64,000 nucleotides of DNA, taken from sequence record OQ703618.1; one strand, 5' to 3'. Shown here one piece after another: positions 46,286 to 56,289 of the stretch (its first letter is position 1; every line of letters begins with the position of its first letter). The notes beneath the pieces are model-generated. The model saw nothing but the letters and a program-made list of their open reading frames with translations, was not told where the DNA came from and searched no databases. This stretch comes from Escherichia phage GADS24. The position numbers and the translations under genes were made by a program.

Positions 46286-48099
46286 TGGTGTTTAACCCTA
46301 TGCATGATTTCTTTATTTTTGCCTAGATTAAATCCGCGTTCGTTCGGATTTCCCAAATAACCACAAGTTCTTCTTATTGTGTTCATCTTTTTAGGATCAG
46401 TTTCTCCACAAATAGAACAAACAAATCCATTTTCGGTAGGAGTCATTTCATGGGTACTTCCACACGTAAAACATTTATCTACTGGCATATTAACACCAAA
46501 ATAATCTAAATGTTGCGCAGCATAATCCCAGACAGCCTCAAGACCTTTTAAGTTATTTTTCATATCAGGAAGTTCAACATAAGAAATGTGACCGCCTGTC
46601 GCAATGAAATGATATGGTGCTTCGCGAGAAATCTTTTCAAACGGAGTGATATTTTCTTCTACTGAAACATGGAAACTATTAGTGTACCAGCCTTTATCAG
46701 TAACATCTTTTACACTTCCATATTTTTTGGTATCAAGTTTACAGAAGCGATAACAAAGGTTTTCAGCAGGAGTAGAATACAAGCTAAAAGCAAAACCGGT
46801 TCTTTCGGTCCACTGCTTAAGACGAGCATTCATTTTAGTTAAAATTTCTTGCCCAATATCACGTCCGACAAGAATATTCAATTCGTGAATTCCAATGTAT
46901 CCCAAAGACACTGAACTTCTGCCGTTTTTAAATAACTCAATTATATCGTCATCAGGTTTAAGACGAACCCCGAATGCACCTTCTTGGTAAAGAATAGGAG
47001 CAACAGTTGCTTTAACACCCTTTAAAGAACTAATTCTACACATCAAGGCTTCAAAACATAAATCCATTCGTTCATTAAATAGCTCAACAAATTTCTGTTC
47101 ATTGAACTGTGTTCCAATATAAGAATCTAGTGCAATACGAGGAAGATTCAGTGTTACAACACCAAGATTATTACGTCCATCAAGAATTTCATTACCAGTC
47201 GAATCTTTCCATACGCCCAAGAAACTACGGCAACCCATTGGAGAAACAGGAATAGATGAACCAGTGATAGCTTTATTGTTCTTAGCTGAAATAATATCAG
47301 GATACATTCTTTTGCTTGCACACTCTAGAGCAAGCTGCTTAATATCATAGTTCGGGTCGTCTTTATAAAGATTGACACCTTCTTCAACGAACATAACAAG
47401 TTTAGGGAAAATAGGAGTTATTCCATCACGACCAAGGCCTTTAATGCGGTTTTTAAGAATTGCCTTCTGAATAATTCGTTCAGTCCAGTCAGTTCCAGTA
47501 CCAAATGTAATTGTTACAAAAGGCGTTTGTCCGTTTGAACTAAAGAGAGTATTTACTTCATATTCATAAGCTTGGAATGCATCGTATACGTCTTTTTCTG
47601 TTTTAGATTGGGCATAATTCAACGCATCAGCGATTTGCCATTTTTCTGCATCCTCAATATGTTTTGCATAGGTGCGTTTAACATAAGGAGAAAGTACTTT
47701 ATCTACATTAGCAAAAGTCGTTCCGCCGTACTGATGTGAAGCAACCTGTGCGGTAATTTGTGCCATAATTGCAGTAGCAACACCAATCGATTTAGGCGTT
47801 TCAATTTGAGCATTGCCGAGCTTAAATCCGTTTTCAAGCATCCCCTTTAAATCGACTAAACAACAATTAGTAAACGGAAGAGCAGGGGAATAATCAATAT
47901 CATGGAAATGAATAATTCCGCTTTCATGCGCTTTCATAATAAAAGACGGGACCATATTTTTGGCAATGTGCTTAGACACAATACCAGCCATAAGGTCCCG
48001 TTGAGTTGGAAAAACACGAGAATCTTTATTAGCATTCTCGTTCAAAAGATCTTTATTAGTTTTATGAATTAATCCTTCAATTTCTTTTTCAATTTTCAT
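46282..48099 (-). CDS. nrdD: anaerobic ribonucleoside-triphosphate reductase NrdD
   Basis: 605 aa, uninterrupted; glycyl radical motif RRTCGY; C-terminal Zn ribbon. Confidence 0.9.
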   Translation of the reverse strand: MKIEKEIEGLIHKTNKDLLNENANKDSRVFPTQRDLMAGIVSKHIAKNMVPSFIMKAHESGIIHFHDIDYSPALPFTNCCLVDLKGMLENGFKLGNAQIETPKSIGVATAIMAQITAQVASHQYGGTTFANVDKVLSPYVKRTYAKHIEDAEKWQIADALNYAQSKTEKDVYDAFQAYEYEVNTLFSSNGQTPFVTITFGTGTDWTERIIQKAILKNRIKGLGRDGITPIFPKLVMFVEEGVNLYKDDPNYDIKQLALECASKRMYPDIISAKNNKAITGSSIPVSPMGCRSFLGVWKDSTGNEILDGRNNLGVVTLNLPRIALDSYIGTQFNEQKFVELFNERMDLCFEALMCRISSLKGVKATVAPILYQEGAFGVRLKPDDDIIELFKNGRSSVSLGYIGIHELNILVGRDIGQEILTKMNARLKQWTERTGFAFSLYSTPAENLCYRFCKLDTKKYGSVKDVTDKGWYTNSFHVSVEENITPFEKISREAPYHFIATGGHISYVELPDMKNNLKGLEAVWDYAAQHLDYFGVNMPVDKCFTCGSTHEMTPTENGFVCSICGETDPKKMNTIRRTCGYLGNPNERGFNLGKNKEIMHRVKHQ

Positions 48100-48569
48100 T
48101 TTAAACTCTTTCTAAGCTGCTTTTTGAATGAAGCTATTAATTGTGTTTTGGTATCAGATTCATTATATTCAAATCCTCTTTGAAGCATCTCAGCCACCAT
48201 TTCCTCTTTACCTAGTCTTGAGAACTCTTTAGTTTTGTCTGGAACAAAATTAGGATGGATATTATTATCAGAATAATCTTGTTTCAAATAAGCGAGAAGA
48301 GCTTCAAGCCATTCGAGGTAGTCGACATCACGGCCTTTAAGACCAGAACGGTTGAACTTATGCTTCATTTGGCCTTCTGCTGCGTTGCACAGATTACAGA
48401 GTAACCCACGAACTCTACCTGCTTTTGGCCCGTTTAATTCGTGGTCGTGGTCAAGATGGTTACCTTGAACATCAGGGTCTAATTCACGGTGGCAAATAGG
48501 ACACTTACCATTCTGTGCATCATAAAATTTTTGTTTTTCTTCTTTATATTTTGCGCCTGATAATAACAT
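48096..48569 (-). CDS. 49: endonuclease VII (gp49) Holliday junction resolvase
   Basis: 157 aa; near-identical blocks to T4 endo VII. Confidence 0.9.
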   Translation of the reverse strand: MLLSGAKYKEEKQKFYDAQNGKCPICHRELDPDVQGNHLDHDHELNGPKAGRVRGLLCNLCNAAEGQMKHKFNRSGLKGRDVDYLEWLEALLAYLKQDYSDNNIHPNFVPDKTKEFSRLGKEEMVAEMLQRGFEYNESDTKTQLIASFKKQLRKSLK

Positions 48570-48598
48570 GTTAAACCCTTACCTTAAATAGATAAGGG

Positions 48599-48606
48599 TA
48601 TTTATA
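48599..48606 (-). promoter_or_regulatory. T4 late promoter TATAAATA upstream of gp49
   Basis: Exact TATAAATA on minus strand 30 nt upstream of gp49 ATG. Confidence 0.55.
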
Positions 48607-48608
48607 AT

Positions 48609-48788
48609 TTAGTAAACGTTATAAAAGTCTCGATGAAAACGTTTATATTGACGAATCATTTTCTTAGTAGGACGTGTTACTGAAATAATTGAAGTAGTCA
48701 TAGTCGGATTGTTTGGAGCGCCAGTCATAACAAATTTCCAGGATTTTTGTCCATTTTTTCTTTCACCATAAAATAATTCAGTTTTCAT
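48609..48788 (-). CDS. small protein with basic RPTKK C-terminal tail (family member)
   Basis: 59 aa hand-translated; paralog of 49213..49383. Confidence 0.4.
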   Translation of the reverse strand: MKTELFYGERKNGQKSWKFVMTGAPNNPTMTTSIISVTRPTKKMIRQYKRFHRDFYNVY

Positions 48789-48797
48789 AATAAACCT

Positions 48798-49211
48798 TTA
48801 ACTTAAACGTCTTTCTAAATATTCAATGTATTCCGCTGCGGCTTGCATCAGATTACCTTCATAACCATCATTATTTTCTTGGGCGGCTAATTTAGCTAAA
48901 GCATAAGAAATACGTTCACCTTCGAATTCGCCAAGTCCACCATCACAAACTACTTGGTCAATTTCTTCGAGTTCATCTATTGAATGGGATTCCCAGAAGC
49001 ACCAAAGAGAAGTATCACGGTCATAGATGCAAAGTTTCTCACCTGTGTTCAACATCACTTCGATAATGCCATGGTCACCATAACCATCTTCGGTAGTAGT
49101 ACCAATTACCTTGATGATCGTATCTTTCTTTAATTCAGGAAACTTGTCTTGTAGTTCTTCGTCTTCTTTAACAATCTTGAACCATTTACCGCGAGTTTCA
49201 GAAATATTCAT
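48798..49211 (-). CDS. hypothetical acidic protein
   Basis: Start at MNISETRG. Confidence 0.45.
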   Translation of the reverse strand: MNISETRGKWFKIVKEDEELQDKFPELKKDTIIKVIGTTTEDGYGDHGIIEVMLNTGEKLCIYDRDTSLWCFWESHSIDELEEIDQVVCDGGLGEFEGERISYALAKLAAQENNDGYEGNLMQAAAEYIEYLERRLS

Positions 49212-49212
49212 A

Positions 49213-49383
49213 TCAATATCCTCTATAAAAGTTACGATGAGAACGTTTAGCTTTGCGAAGCTGACGTTTAGTAGGACGAACTGTAAATGGTTGTCCAGAG
49301 AAAAAATTCGGATCGGTTTTAATAAGCAAATACCAATCATGCTCGCCATTTTTTAATAAACGGTACAATAATTTAACTTGCAT
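49213..49383 (-). CDS. small protein with basic RPTKRQ C-terminal tail (family member)
   Basis: Shares LxxKNGxxxW and VRPTKRQ with 48609..48788. Confidence 0.4.
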   Translation of the reverse strand: MQVKLLYRLLKNGEHDWYLLIKTDPNFFSGQPFTVRPTKRQLRKAKRSHRNFYRGY

Positions 49384-49511
49384 AATAATCTCTTCCCATT
49401 TCCATATCAATTAATTCATTTATTGAAGGTTCATCATAACATGGTTCTTCGTCGTTGTAAACCGTTTCGACGTCTGGCTCGACAGTCTCCCATCGAGCAG
49501 AATACCACGGT

Positions 49512-49868
49512 TTAACCCCGGAGTTTATTGAGCTCTTCATAATCAATCCAGGATTCTAGCCCTGATGGCAGGTCACATTCAATGTTCCACAGAAGCTCTT
49601 CAATGGCTTGCAGGCGATTATATTCTTCAATGGTAATGGTAACCATTGGTGCAACCGGTTCTGCCTTTTTAACCATCATATCGTTCATCAGGACGTAAAG
49701 GTCATCACGAACGACAGTGTCGTTCCAACCCCATGATTTGGCTTCGTAAGCTAATGATGAAGGGAGCACATTTAAAACTTCAATAATAGTTGGAGCATCA
49801 GGACCAAGTTCATTGGCACAAACTTCGTATACATCTTGGAAATCTTTAAGATTTAATGAATATGTCAT
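49512..49868 (-). CDS. hypothetical protein
   Basis: 118-aa ORF. Confidence 0.45.
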   Translation of the reverse strand: MTYSLNLKDFQDVYEVCANELGPDAPTIIEVLNVLPSSLAYEAKSWGWNDTVVRDDLYVLMNDMMVKKAEPVAPMVTITIEEYNRLQAIEELLWNIECDLPSGLESWIDYEELNKLRG

Positions 49869-50128
49869 TTAAAATATTCTCGTAGTTGGTCAAATCCACC
49901 AATGTGACTTCCATCAGGAGCAAACACTTGAGGCATAGTCAATCCGACTTGTGATTCACGTCCAAGCTTAGCCAGAAGCTCAGCAATTTTTTCTTCATCG
50001 AATATACCTTTTTCTGGCATAACATTAATGAATTCGAATGGCTGTTTCTTAACAGTCAGCAATCGTTTCGCATTATCGCAATAAATGCATTTATGAATAG
50101 TAGAGTCATACCCGTACACTTTAAACAT
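49865..50128 (-). CDS. nrdC: thioredoxin/glutaredoxin NrdC
   Basis: Start MFKVYGY; CIYC motif; T4 NrdC-like. Confidence 0.8.
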   Translation of the reverse strand: MFKVYGYDSTIHKCIYCDNAKRLLTVKKQPFEFINVMPEKGIFDEEKIAELLAKLGRESQVGLTMPQVFAPDGSHIGGFDQLREYFK

Positions 50129-50534
50129 TATTTTTCCTTTCATCAATTAAATATGCAACGCCAAATACAATACATGTAATAAAACCTGTGATACAGATAG
50201 AAACCAATAACACTGTACCAAAGAACCAAATCAGGTTATCTTTAGTAGTTTGTTTGATATCCATCTCACGAATTTCTATAGCTATCGTATCACCTTTATT
50301 CAGAAGCGTATAAAACGACGGTGATACACGCCTGTCAAAAACTCGTCCTTGCTCATCTTTATAGACGGCAATAAATTCTAATTTAGAATATTTTCCTGTA
50401 GATTGACCTGAAATTAATTCCACTACCTCCACAGGAATTACTTTAGTTTCCATGTAAGTATTCTGGCTGTTCCAAATGAACGGAACGATGGCAAAAACTA
50501 AAGCTGCGATAAAACAACGAAGGCTATATCTCAT
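50121..50534 (-). CDS. membrane protein
   Basis: 137 aa with N- and C-terminal hydrophobic helices. Confidence 0.45.
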   Translation of the reverse strand: MRYSLRCFIAALVFAIVPFIWNSQNTYMETKVIPVEVVELISGQSTGKYSKLEFIAVYKDEQGRVFDRRVSPSFYTLLNKGDTIAIEIREMDIKQTTKDNLIWFFGTVLLVSICITGFITCIVFGVAYLIDERKNNV

Positions 50535-50809
50535 TATAATGTTCTCTCAAATTTGTGGAAGCATTTACGGCATTTCAATTTCAAGTTATCAGTAGTCCAG
50601 TTAACAAGTTGGACTTGGATAGTTCCACATTCTGGGCATGGATGTTTTGCTGCCGATTTGGCAGCATTTTCACGCCGTTCAACCATTTTCATGATTTCGT
50701 TCCATGCCGGAGGAACGAACTCTTCTTCACCGTGGATTTTATCTCGCTGAACAAATTCAATCTTTGAACTATCGTCAATAAACTTAACCAAGCTATGATT
50801 AGTGCTCAT
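50534..50809 (-). CDS. zinc-ribbon protein
   Basis: CPECG...CRKC; SD agagga. Confidence 0.45.
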   Translation of the reverse strand: MSTNHSLVKFIDDSSKIEFVQRDKIHGEEEFVPPAWNEIMKMVERRENAAKSAAKHPCPECGTIQVQLVNWTTDNLKLKCRKCFHKFERTL

Positions 50810-50838
50810 ATCAATATCCTCTAAAAGACGTAGTTTCA

Positions 50839-51789
50839 TTATAAAACCTCAATGGCATTTCGTAAACCGTCCGCTTTCGCATTCAGAGCTTTTAACGATT
50901 TAGTTTGTTCTGCAATCTGGGCTTCGACTTCTTTCAGACGAGATTTGAGGTATTCGCGTTCTTCTCTTAAATTATCAACTTTTTCTGCTTTAGGTTCTTT
51001 AATAGACTTAGGTTTATACGTATTAGGGTTCTTCAGCTTAATTTGAATACGAGAACTGAATAACATTGAACCGTTATCTTCGGTTTCGCTGAACATTTCA
51101 ACAACATCCATAGTCTGTAGTATCATACGAAGTTTATAAGACAATGAACGAACGGTTTTGTTATGCTTATTAATTTCTTCAGCTTTCATGGTACCGAGAT
51201 TACGTGAGTAGTAATAAGGAACCTGGATATCAATTGATAATGATGCGTTACCATTACCGGTTGGTTTGAATACTGCAGTAACCCAATCTTTAACATGAAC
51301 TTTATTTGTACGACCATCACCGCCCGTGAATAATTTACGAGAATGTTTAAAAAGCATATTCACTTGGTTATTGAATTCACAAGCAAATTTATCAGCAAAT
51401 TTAGTTTCAGGAATGGTAGATAACCAATCAGCCAAATGAGTCTTTTTAACATCATTAACAATAGTGAATTCAACCAAATCAGTTTTAGATGTCACAGATT
51501 TAATAAAGCTTGGCTTCATAAAGTTTTTAATGTTATCACGAGCCACAGTAGAAGATAATAAACGAGAACGTTTGAACCATTGAAGCAGTGTCCCTAATGA
51601 ATGAGAATACGCATTCTGAGTATCTTTACAGATATGATTTTCTTGACCTGTGTATGTACCAAAATCTCGAAGAATACCACTTACTACATCTCGGTGTGGA
51701 ACATCAAATCCTAATGAACCGGAAGCACGTTGGGCATGAACGTTAGCGATAAGACCTGCAAAATAATCAATGTAATGTGAACGTGTCAT
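50839..51789 (-). CDS. hypothetical protein with C-terminal coiled coil
   Basis: 316 aa, own early promoter. Confidence 0.5.
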   Translation of the reverse strand: MTRSHYIDYFAGLIANVHAQRASGSLGFDVPHRDVVSGILRDFGTYTGQENHICKDTQNAYSHSLGTLLQWFKRSRLLSSTVARDNIKNFMKPSFIKSVTSKTDLVEFTIVNDVKKTHLADWLSTIPETKFADKFACEFNNQVNMLFKHSRKLFTGGDGRTNKVHVKDWVTAVFKPTGNGNASLSIDIQVPYYYSRNLGTMKAEEINKHNKTVRSLSYKLRMILQTMDVVEMFSETEDNGSMLFSSRIQIKLKNPNTYKPKSIKEPKAEKVDNLREEREYLKSRLKEVEAQIAEQTKSLKALNAKADGLRNAIEVL

Positions 51790-51800
51790 AATATTTTCCT

Positions 51801-51853
51801 CTCGTTAAGATAGAAAGATTATACTCCAACCGTCCTTGGTTGTAAACTGATTT
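51801..51853 (-). repeat. ~50-bp early-promoter cassette copy (near-identical to 10221..10270)
   Basis: Direct nucleotide comparison of both copies. Confidence 0.7.
51818..51847 (-). promoter_or_regulatory. T4-type early promoter (-35 TTTACA, -10 TATAAT)
   Basis: Hexamers 17 bp apart. Confidence 0.55.
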
Positions 51854-52787
51854 ATGGTTTTAATGCATTCATTGCGTTAAAAAGTTTAGAGTACTGCAAC
51901 TGGAGCTTGGTAACTACTTGTTGAGCATCACGAAGCTTAGCTTGTGCTTTATCAAGTTCAACAGACAGTTGGTCCATAGTGCCCTTGATTTGATTATAAT
52001 AGTAATCTTCGGCAGGAAGAAGACCATTAGATATTTCCAGTTTAGTCGACGGTGAAGTGTATATAGATGGAGCAGTAGAATATGCACCTAGAACTTCAGC
52101 ATTGCCAATTGGGGTTGCAGTAATTGACGCTTCGAACGTCGCATTTTCCTTTTTAAGATTTTGATAGTATTCAGAGTCTTTGTGCCACCATGGCGCAGGA
52201 ACCTTTTTACCAATAGATACACGAGCCTGGATAGCGATATGGCCCTTATTCTTGATAGGGTTGATAATATTAAGCTCGCGAGAATAAATTGCTTTAATCT
52301 GGTGGATATTATCACCTAACACTTCCAACGCTTGGTGGAATACACGAGCAACGTTATCATTCTTAGGTTTATACGTAAGAGTGAATTCGTTCTCACTGAT
52401 AACCATAATTTCCAACTTATCGTAAGTATATTTCAAATGTTTCATGTTAATTGCTTGAGGACGAATACGAGAAGCAATGGCCATCAGATTGTTAAGGTTA
52501 TTCCGGAACTGCTTAGCGAAATATTGTCCTTCACCACCAATACAAAAATTACGAAGTTTCTGTTTAGCTAATAAACGGCTGAACTCACCATTTTTAATGA
52601 ACTCTTTAACGGGTGTGTTAGTAACGCATTCAAATTGAGTAAACTTACGAGAAGTAATCCCATAATATGAACAGACTTCCTCAATCTCTTCAGGAGTCTT
52701 TACAGGCATACGGATAGGATTAGGTCCTGGAGTATATGCGTTCGAGGTAAATTCTTTGATAAGTTCTCTACGTGTAATAAAAGCCAT
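51852..52787 (-). CDS. hypothetical protein with C-terminal coiled coil
   Basis: 311 aa. Confidence 0.5.
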   Translation of the reverse strand: MAFITRRELIKEFTSNAYTPGPNPIRMPVKTPEEIEEVCSYYGITSRKFTQFECVTNTPVKEFIKNGEFSRLLAKQKLRNFCIGGEGQYFAKQFRNNLNNLMAIASRIRPQAINMKHLKYTYDKLEIMVISENEFTLTYKPKNDNVARVFHQALEVLGDNIHQIKAIYSRELNIINPIKNKGHIAIQARVSIGKKVPAPWWHKDSEYYQNLKKENATFEASITATPIGNAEVLGAYSTAPSIYTSPSTKLEISNGLLPAEDYYYNQIKGTMDQLSVELDKAQAKLRDAQQVVTKLQLQYSKLFNAMNALKP

Positions 52788-52813
52788 TTTATATTCCTCG
52801 TGTTGAAAAATTT

Positions 52814-52842
52814 ATTATACTCCAACCGTCCTTGGTTGTACA
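52814..52842 (-). promoter_or_regulatory. T4-type early promoter (-35 TGTACA, -10 TATAAT), cassette variant
   Basis: Hexamers 17 bp apart; shares tatactccaaccgtccttggttgta with other copies. Confidence 0.55.
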
Positions 52843-53838
52843 TCATTCCTTAAGAAGTTTTACTACTTGAATAAGATTAGCTCGTTCTGTTTTATTTTTA
52901 CCGTTTAAGCCTGCTAATCGTGAGATTTCATCGTCAGTCTGTTGAATAGTTACATTAAGTTCGTTAATCAAAGCTTCAAAGTATTTGATTTGCTCAGCAT
53001 GTTTTGATTCAAATTTCTGAACCGGAATAACGTCTTGGTTCAGTTCATCAATAAGGTCTTTAAGAGCATCTTCTTGGTTGATATCATATTCAACTTCTTT
53101 TATTTCTTCAACGAGCTCGTCTTTATATCTAACGTCTTTTAGTCCTGGAGCTGGTCCTGAAATCTCTTCTTTAAGAGTACAAACATATACATTACGGTAT
53201 CTAATGCCGTCTCGCTTGATATCAACTTCGTCAATAAATCCACAATGTTTAAGTCCAGAGCCGATTATGTCAAAATATCCTTGACGTTGTCCTTCAAACG
53301 TTACACGAACTACTAAGACAGTTTTGCCACCAACCTTTTGAAGCTCACATTTATAAAAGTCTGTTGAACCTGAATAACGCGGATGAGTTTTAAAGTTCAT
53401 CTGACGATCTAGGCCCATTTGTAAGCGTGCTGATACGGCCATAAAACGTGTTTGGTTCTCGTTAAGATGAGCAACAATCCGTTTCAAAGGCATTTTACCC
53501 TGTTCACGACCGAACAAATCAGTACGTCCTAGATTACGCAGAATGTTGTTAGAGTTAATCATCGACAGAACGTTAAGTTTATTCAGCGCGCTGAAGATTC
53601 CATCGGCCATTGATTTTCCGTAACCTTTACACGCTTTAATAAGCGCTCGCGGGAGATTAGTATAGATTTCAGACGGCATATGAAAATCAAATTTACTAGT
53701 CAGTAATTGATGAACTTGGATAGCAATTTGCTCATAATTAAGTGCTCTGCGATCGTTATGGTCTTTAAACCACACTTTAATCTGTGAAGCACATAAACCG
53801 TTAATTTCATGTTTTACCGCATCAGATGTAATGCTCAT
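52843..53838 (-). CDS. hypothetical protein with C-terminal coiled coil
   Basis: 331 aa. Confidence 0.5.
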   Translation of the reverse strand: MSITSDAVKHEINGLCASQIKVWFKDHNDRRALNYEQIAIQVHQLLTSKFDFHMPSEIYTNLPRALIKACKGYGKSMADGIFSALNKLNVLSMINSNNILRNLGRTDLFGREQGKMPLKRIVAHLNENQTRFMAVSARLQMGLDRQMNFKTHPRYSGSTDFYKCELQKVGGKTVLVVRVTFEGQRQGYFDIIGSGLKHCGFIDEVDIKRDGIRYRNVYVCTLKEEISGPAPGLKDVRYKDELVEEIKEVEYDINQEDALKDLIDELNQDVIPVQKFESKHAEQIKYFEALINELNVTIQQTDDEISRLAGLNGKNKTERANLIQVVKLLKE

Positions 53839-53900
53839 AACTATTTCCTCAGATTGAATTGGAACTCAGAACCATTATAACCCGTCCTTGGGTAAAGCGT

Positions 53901-54428
53901 TTATGCGTGAACCGTCTTTAAACGTTCTTCAAATTTCCGAAGAGTACTAATACGTTCTGCTTTCTGTTTTGTATAGTTTGCAATACGTTCTGAAGTGAGA
54001 GCGTATCGTTCGTTTACTGTTTCTTTCATGAAGTCAGGGATTTCACGAGAAGCTTTAATTTCATCAAACTTATCGAGTACTGCCTGGTCTTCAGCGATTA
54101 AATTTTCGTACATCTCGATATCTTTCTTGATAAACTCGATATCTTCCTGGGTTACTTTGGATAAACGAGATGCTTTATCCTTTTTGTACTGCTCGTTAGT
54201 TTCACGAGACCAGAATAATGTACGTTTTTTGTTAGTATTTTTGTAGACTTCCACAATTCCAACTGAATCGATGATAGCAATCCAATTCCAGCGAGATTTG
54301 AAAATCTGACCTCCGTCCACGGTAATCTCATTACCATAAGCAACGTCATTAAAGAACTTGCTTTGTGCTTCAGATTTAAATTTACCGTCGTTATAATTTA
54401 CCAGGTTGAAAATATCTTTAGCGTTCAT
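53901..54428 (-). CDS. hypothetical protein
   Basis: 175-aa ORF. Confidence 0.5.
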   Translation of the reverse strand: MNAKDIFNLVNYNDGKFKSEAQSKFFNDVAYGNEITVDGGQIFKSRWNWIAIIDSVGIVEVYKNTNKKRTLFWSRETNEQYKKDKASRLSKVTQEDIEFIKKDIEMYENLIAEDQAVLDKFDEIKASREIPDFMKETVNERYALTSERIANYTKQKAERISTLRKFEERLKTVHA

Positions 54429-54455
54429 GTTTTACCTCCAGTAGTTGATAGGTCT

Positions 54456-54484
54456 ATAATAACATAACCATAGACCTTGTAAAC
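54456..54484 (-). promoter_or_regulatory. T4-type early promoter (-35 GTTTAC, -10 TATTAT)
   Basis: Hexamers 17 bp apart. Confidence 0.55.
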
Positions 54485-54486
54485 AA

Positions 54487-54774
54487 CTAAAAGAAACTTT
54501 TTTCGGTATTTTTTCCACTGAACCAAACCGACTTCGGGACTTTCTGTAATTTTTCGGATTTAAGTTTCTCTTCCTGTTCTTTCTTATATGCATCCTTGTC
54601 GTACTGGAACAACTCTAGGGCATTCTTTTGTAGACGGTCTAAGGTAATTAAGGCTTTAGTTTTTCCTTTCAAGGAAGAGTCCTGGCGAACCTCCTCGCTA
54701 TATTGCATTGTAGAACTAACCATACGATGAGCATACAGTTCGACTGCGGCTTTAATTTTTTGCATAAAATCCAT
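54487..54774 (-). CDS. hypothetical protein
   Basis: 95-aa ORF. Confidence 0.4.
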   Translation of the reverse strand: MDFMQKIKAAVELYAHRMVSSTMQYSEEVRQDSSLKGKTKALITLDRLQKNALELFQYDKDAYKKEQEEKLKSEKLQKVPKSVWFSGKNTEKSFF

Positions 54775-54912
54775 AACATATCCTCTTTGATTTGTACATC
54801 ATTATTTTTAAATATTTCTATGCCCTCAGTAGGTTCCTGGTGTCCTTCTTTGAGGTAAGCCATATGATTATTCATCTTTATGGCTTTTGTTACCTCAGAA
54901 CTTCCTATAAGC

Positions 54913-55914
54913 TTATTTCAGTAAAGTTACTTCAGAGATTTCCTCCCAACCATCTTTATCAGTTGAAATAAAATCTGCTACATAAAGAGCCGTACGTAAT
55001 GATACGTTGCGAAGACGAGATACGTTAGCCTTCATCCAGGACAATGCTTTATACGTTTCTGCATCTGTCAGACCACGTTTCTGCATCATGTCAGTAGATA
55101 ATATTACATCTTCAACTCGAACCATAATCTCTTCATTAGAGTGTACTCCAAGGTCAAGATACACTGAACGAGATACTAAAGCTTGAAGGTGTGGGGCAAG
55201 CTTCGAACCGCGTTCTAACTCTTTATCGATATCAACGTTTGTAATGAAAACGATAGTACCTTCAAACTCAAATTCTTTATCAATACCCTTATCATCGAGA
55301 TAAGATGACGCAGTGCTCCAACAAACTTTGCGTTTATCTCCGGTATCTAATGCTGCTTTAAGAAGGTTCAAGATGTCCATATCTGAGAATACGTCAACGT
55401 CGTCGATTAAGAGAACGCTATCTGCATCACGGTTGAGCCAAAGTTGTTCGTAAAGGCCTATACCAGAGATTTTACCATTAATGCTTTTGTATTTGATGAA
55501 ACCATTATCATTAGCATTATTAAGTGCTTTATCCAGAGAATACGTCTTACCAATACCAGCTGCACCTGAAATAATGAGTGAACGAATTTTGCCATCGATA
55601 ATGCCATTCGTCATCATGTTCATTACTTTAAAGCGTTTGTTGATACGAGTTTTCATATCTTCAGTGCTTTCAACAACTGCAACTGGTGATGTCTCAACTC
55701 CTTCCATTACGATGTCTGATTTGAAGACCCATACTCCACGTTCAGAACCATCAATCATAACGAAAATTTTACCATCACCTAAGTGGGAACATTCAGGATT
55801 AAGCTTTGCCGGGAACCAGGTCTTTGTGGCAACATAAGAACCAGAGATTTCGTTATTACGATAGATACCTTTTTTGATTTGAACGTTGAACATTTTATTC
55901 TCCAATTTACTCAT
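54913..55914 (-). CDS. P-loop ATPase (AAA-like)
   Basis: 333 aa; Walker A GAAGIGKT and Walker B LLIDDVD. Confidence 0.55.
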   Translation of the reverse strand: MSKLENKMFNVQIKKGIYRNNEISGSYVATKTWFPAKLNPECSHLGDGKIFVMIDGSERGVWVFKSDIVMEGVETSPVAVVESTEDMKTRINKRFKVMNMMTNGIIDGKIRSLIISGAAGIGKTYSLDKALNNANDNGFIKYKSINGKISGIGLYEQLWLNRDADSVLLIDDVDVFSDMDILNLLKAALDTGDKRKVCWSTASSYLDDKGIDKEFEFEGTIVFITNVDIDKELERGSKLAPHLQALVSRSVYLDLGVHSNEEIMVRVEDVILSTDMMQKRGLTDAETYKALSWMKANVSRLRNVSLRTALYVADFISTDKDGWEEISEVTLLK

Positions 55915-55931
55915 TTCGTTTCGATAGGTCT

Positions 55932-55960
55932 ATAATAACATGTTTAAAGCAAAAGTAAAC
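55932..55960 (-). promoter_or_regulatory. T4-type early promoter (-35 GTTTAC, -10 TATTAT)
   Basis: Hexamers 17 bp apart. Confidence 0.55.
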
Positions 55961-55962
55961 AA

Positions 55963-56181
55963 TTATTTGCGACGAGATTTTTTGGTAAGAGGTTGAAAGA
56001 ACACTGCTTTACCGGCTGGGGTTAAGGTGACTCGTAATGCGTTACCGATTCCTAAGGATGCTTTAACTAGACCTTTAGCTTTCAGTTCACCGAATGCTTG
56101 ACGTTGGTCTGCATCACGAGTGTTAACCATAAGACCTTTATCACCTGCTTCACGAATCATTTCTAACATTTTGGTTTTCAT
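55963..56181 (-). CDS. hypothetical protein
   Basis: Start MKTKMLEM. Confidence 0.4.
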   Translation of the reverse strand: MKTKMLEMIREAGDKGLMVNTRDADQRQAFGELKAKGLVKASLGIGNALRVTLTPAGKAVFFQPLTKKSRRK

Positions 56182-56209
56182 TTTGTTCTCCTCTTGTTTT
56201 GATAGGTCT

Positions 56210-56238
56210 ATAATAACATATCCTAAAAGCATGTACAC
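56210..56238 (-). promoter_or_regulatory. T4-type early promoter (-35 GTGTAC, -10 TATTAT)
   Basis: Hexamers 17 bp apart. Confidence 0.55.
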
Positions 56239-56261
56239 TACTTTTTAAAAATATTTTAACC

Positions 56262-56284
56262 CCCTAAAGGGACCCGAAGGTCCC
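56262..56284 (-). terminator. GC hairpin, weak terminator
   Basis: Stem gggacc/ggtccc, UUCG loop on minus, short T-run. Confidence 0.35.
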
Positions 56285-56289
56285 CATAT

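Noticed and set aside
46282-48099. Group I intron or homing endonuclease in nrdD, gp43 or elsewhere (as in T4 nrdD/td/nrdB)
   Set aside because: nrdD (605 aa) and gp43 (903 aa) are uninterrupted; no GIY-YIG or LAGLIDADG ORF seen, and the only HNH-like motif (12583..13329) is degenerate.
54669-54875. 68-aa ORF overlapping 54487..54774
   Set aside because: Overlaps a better-supported ORF in a different frame; no independent evidence.
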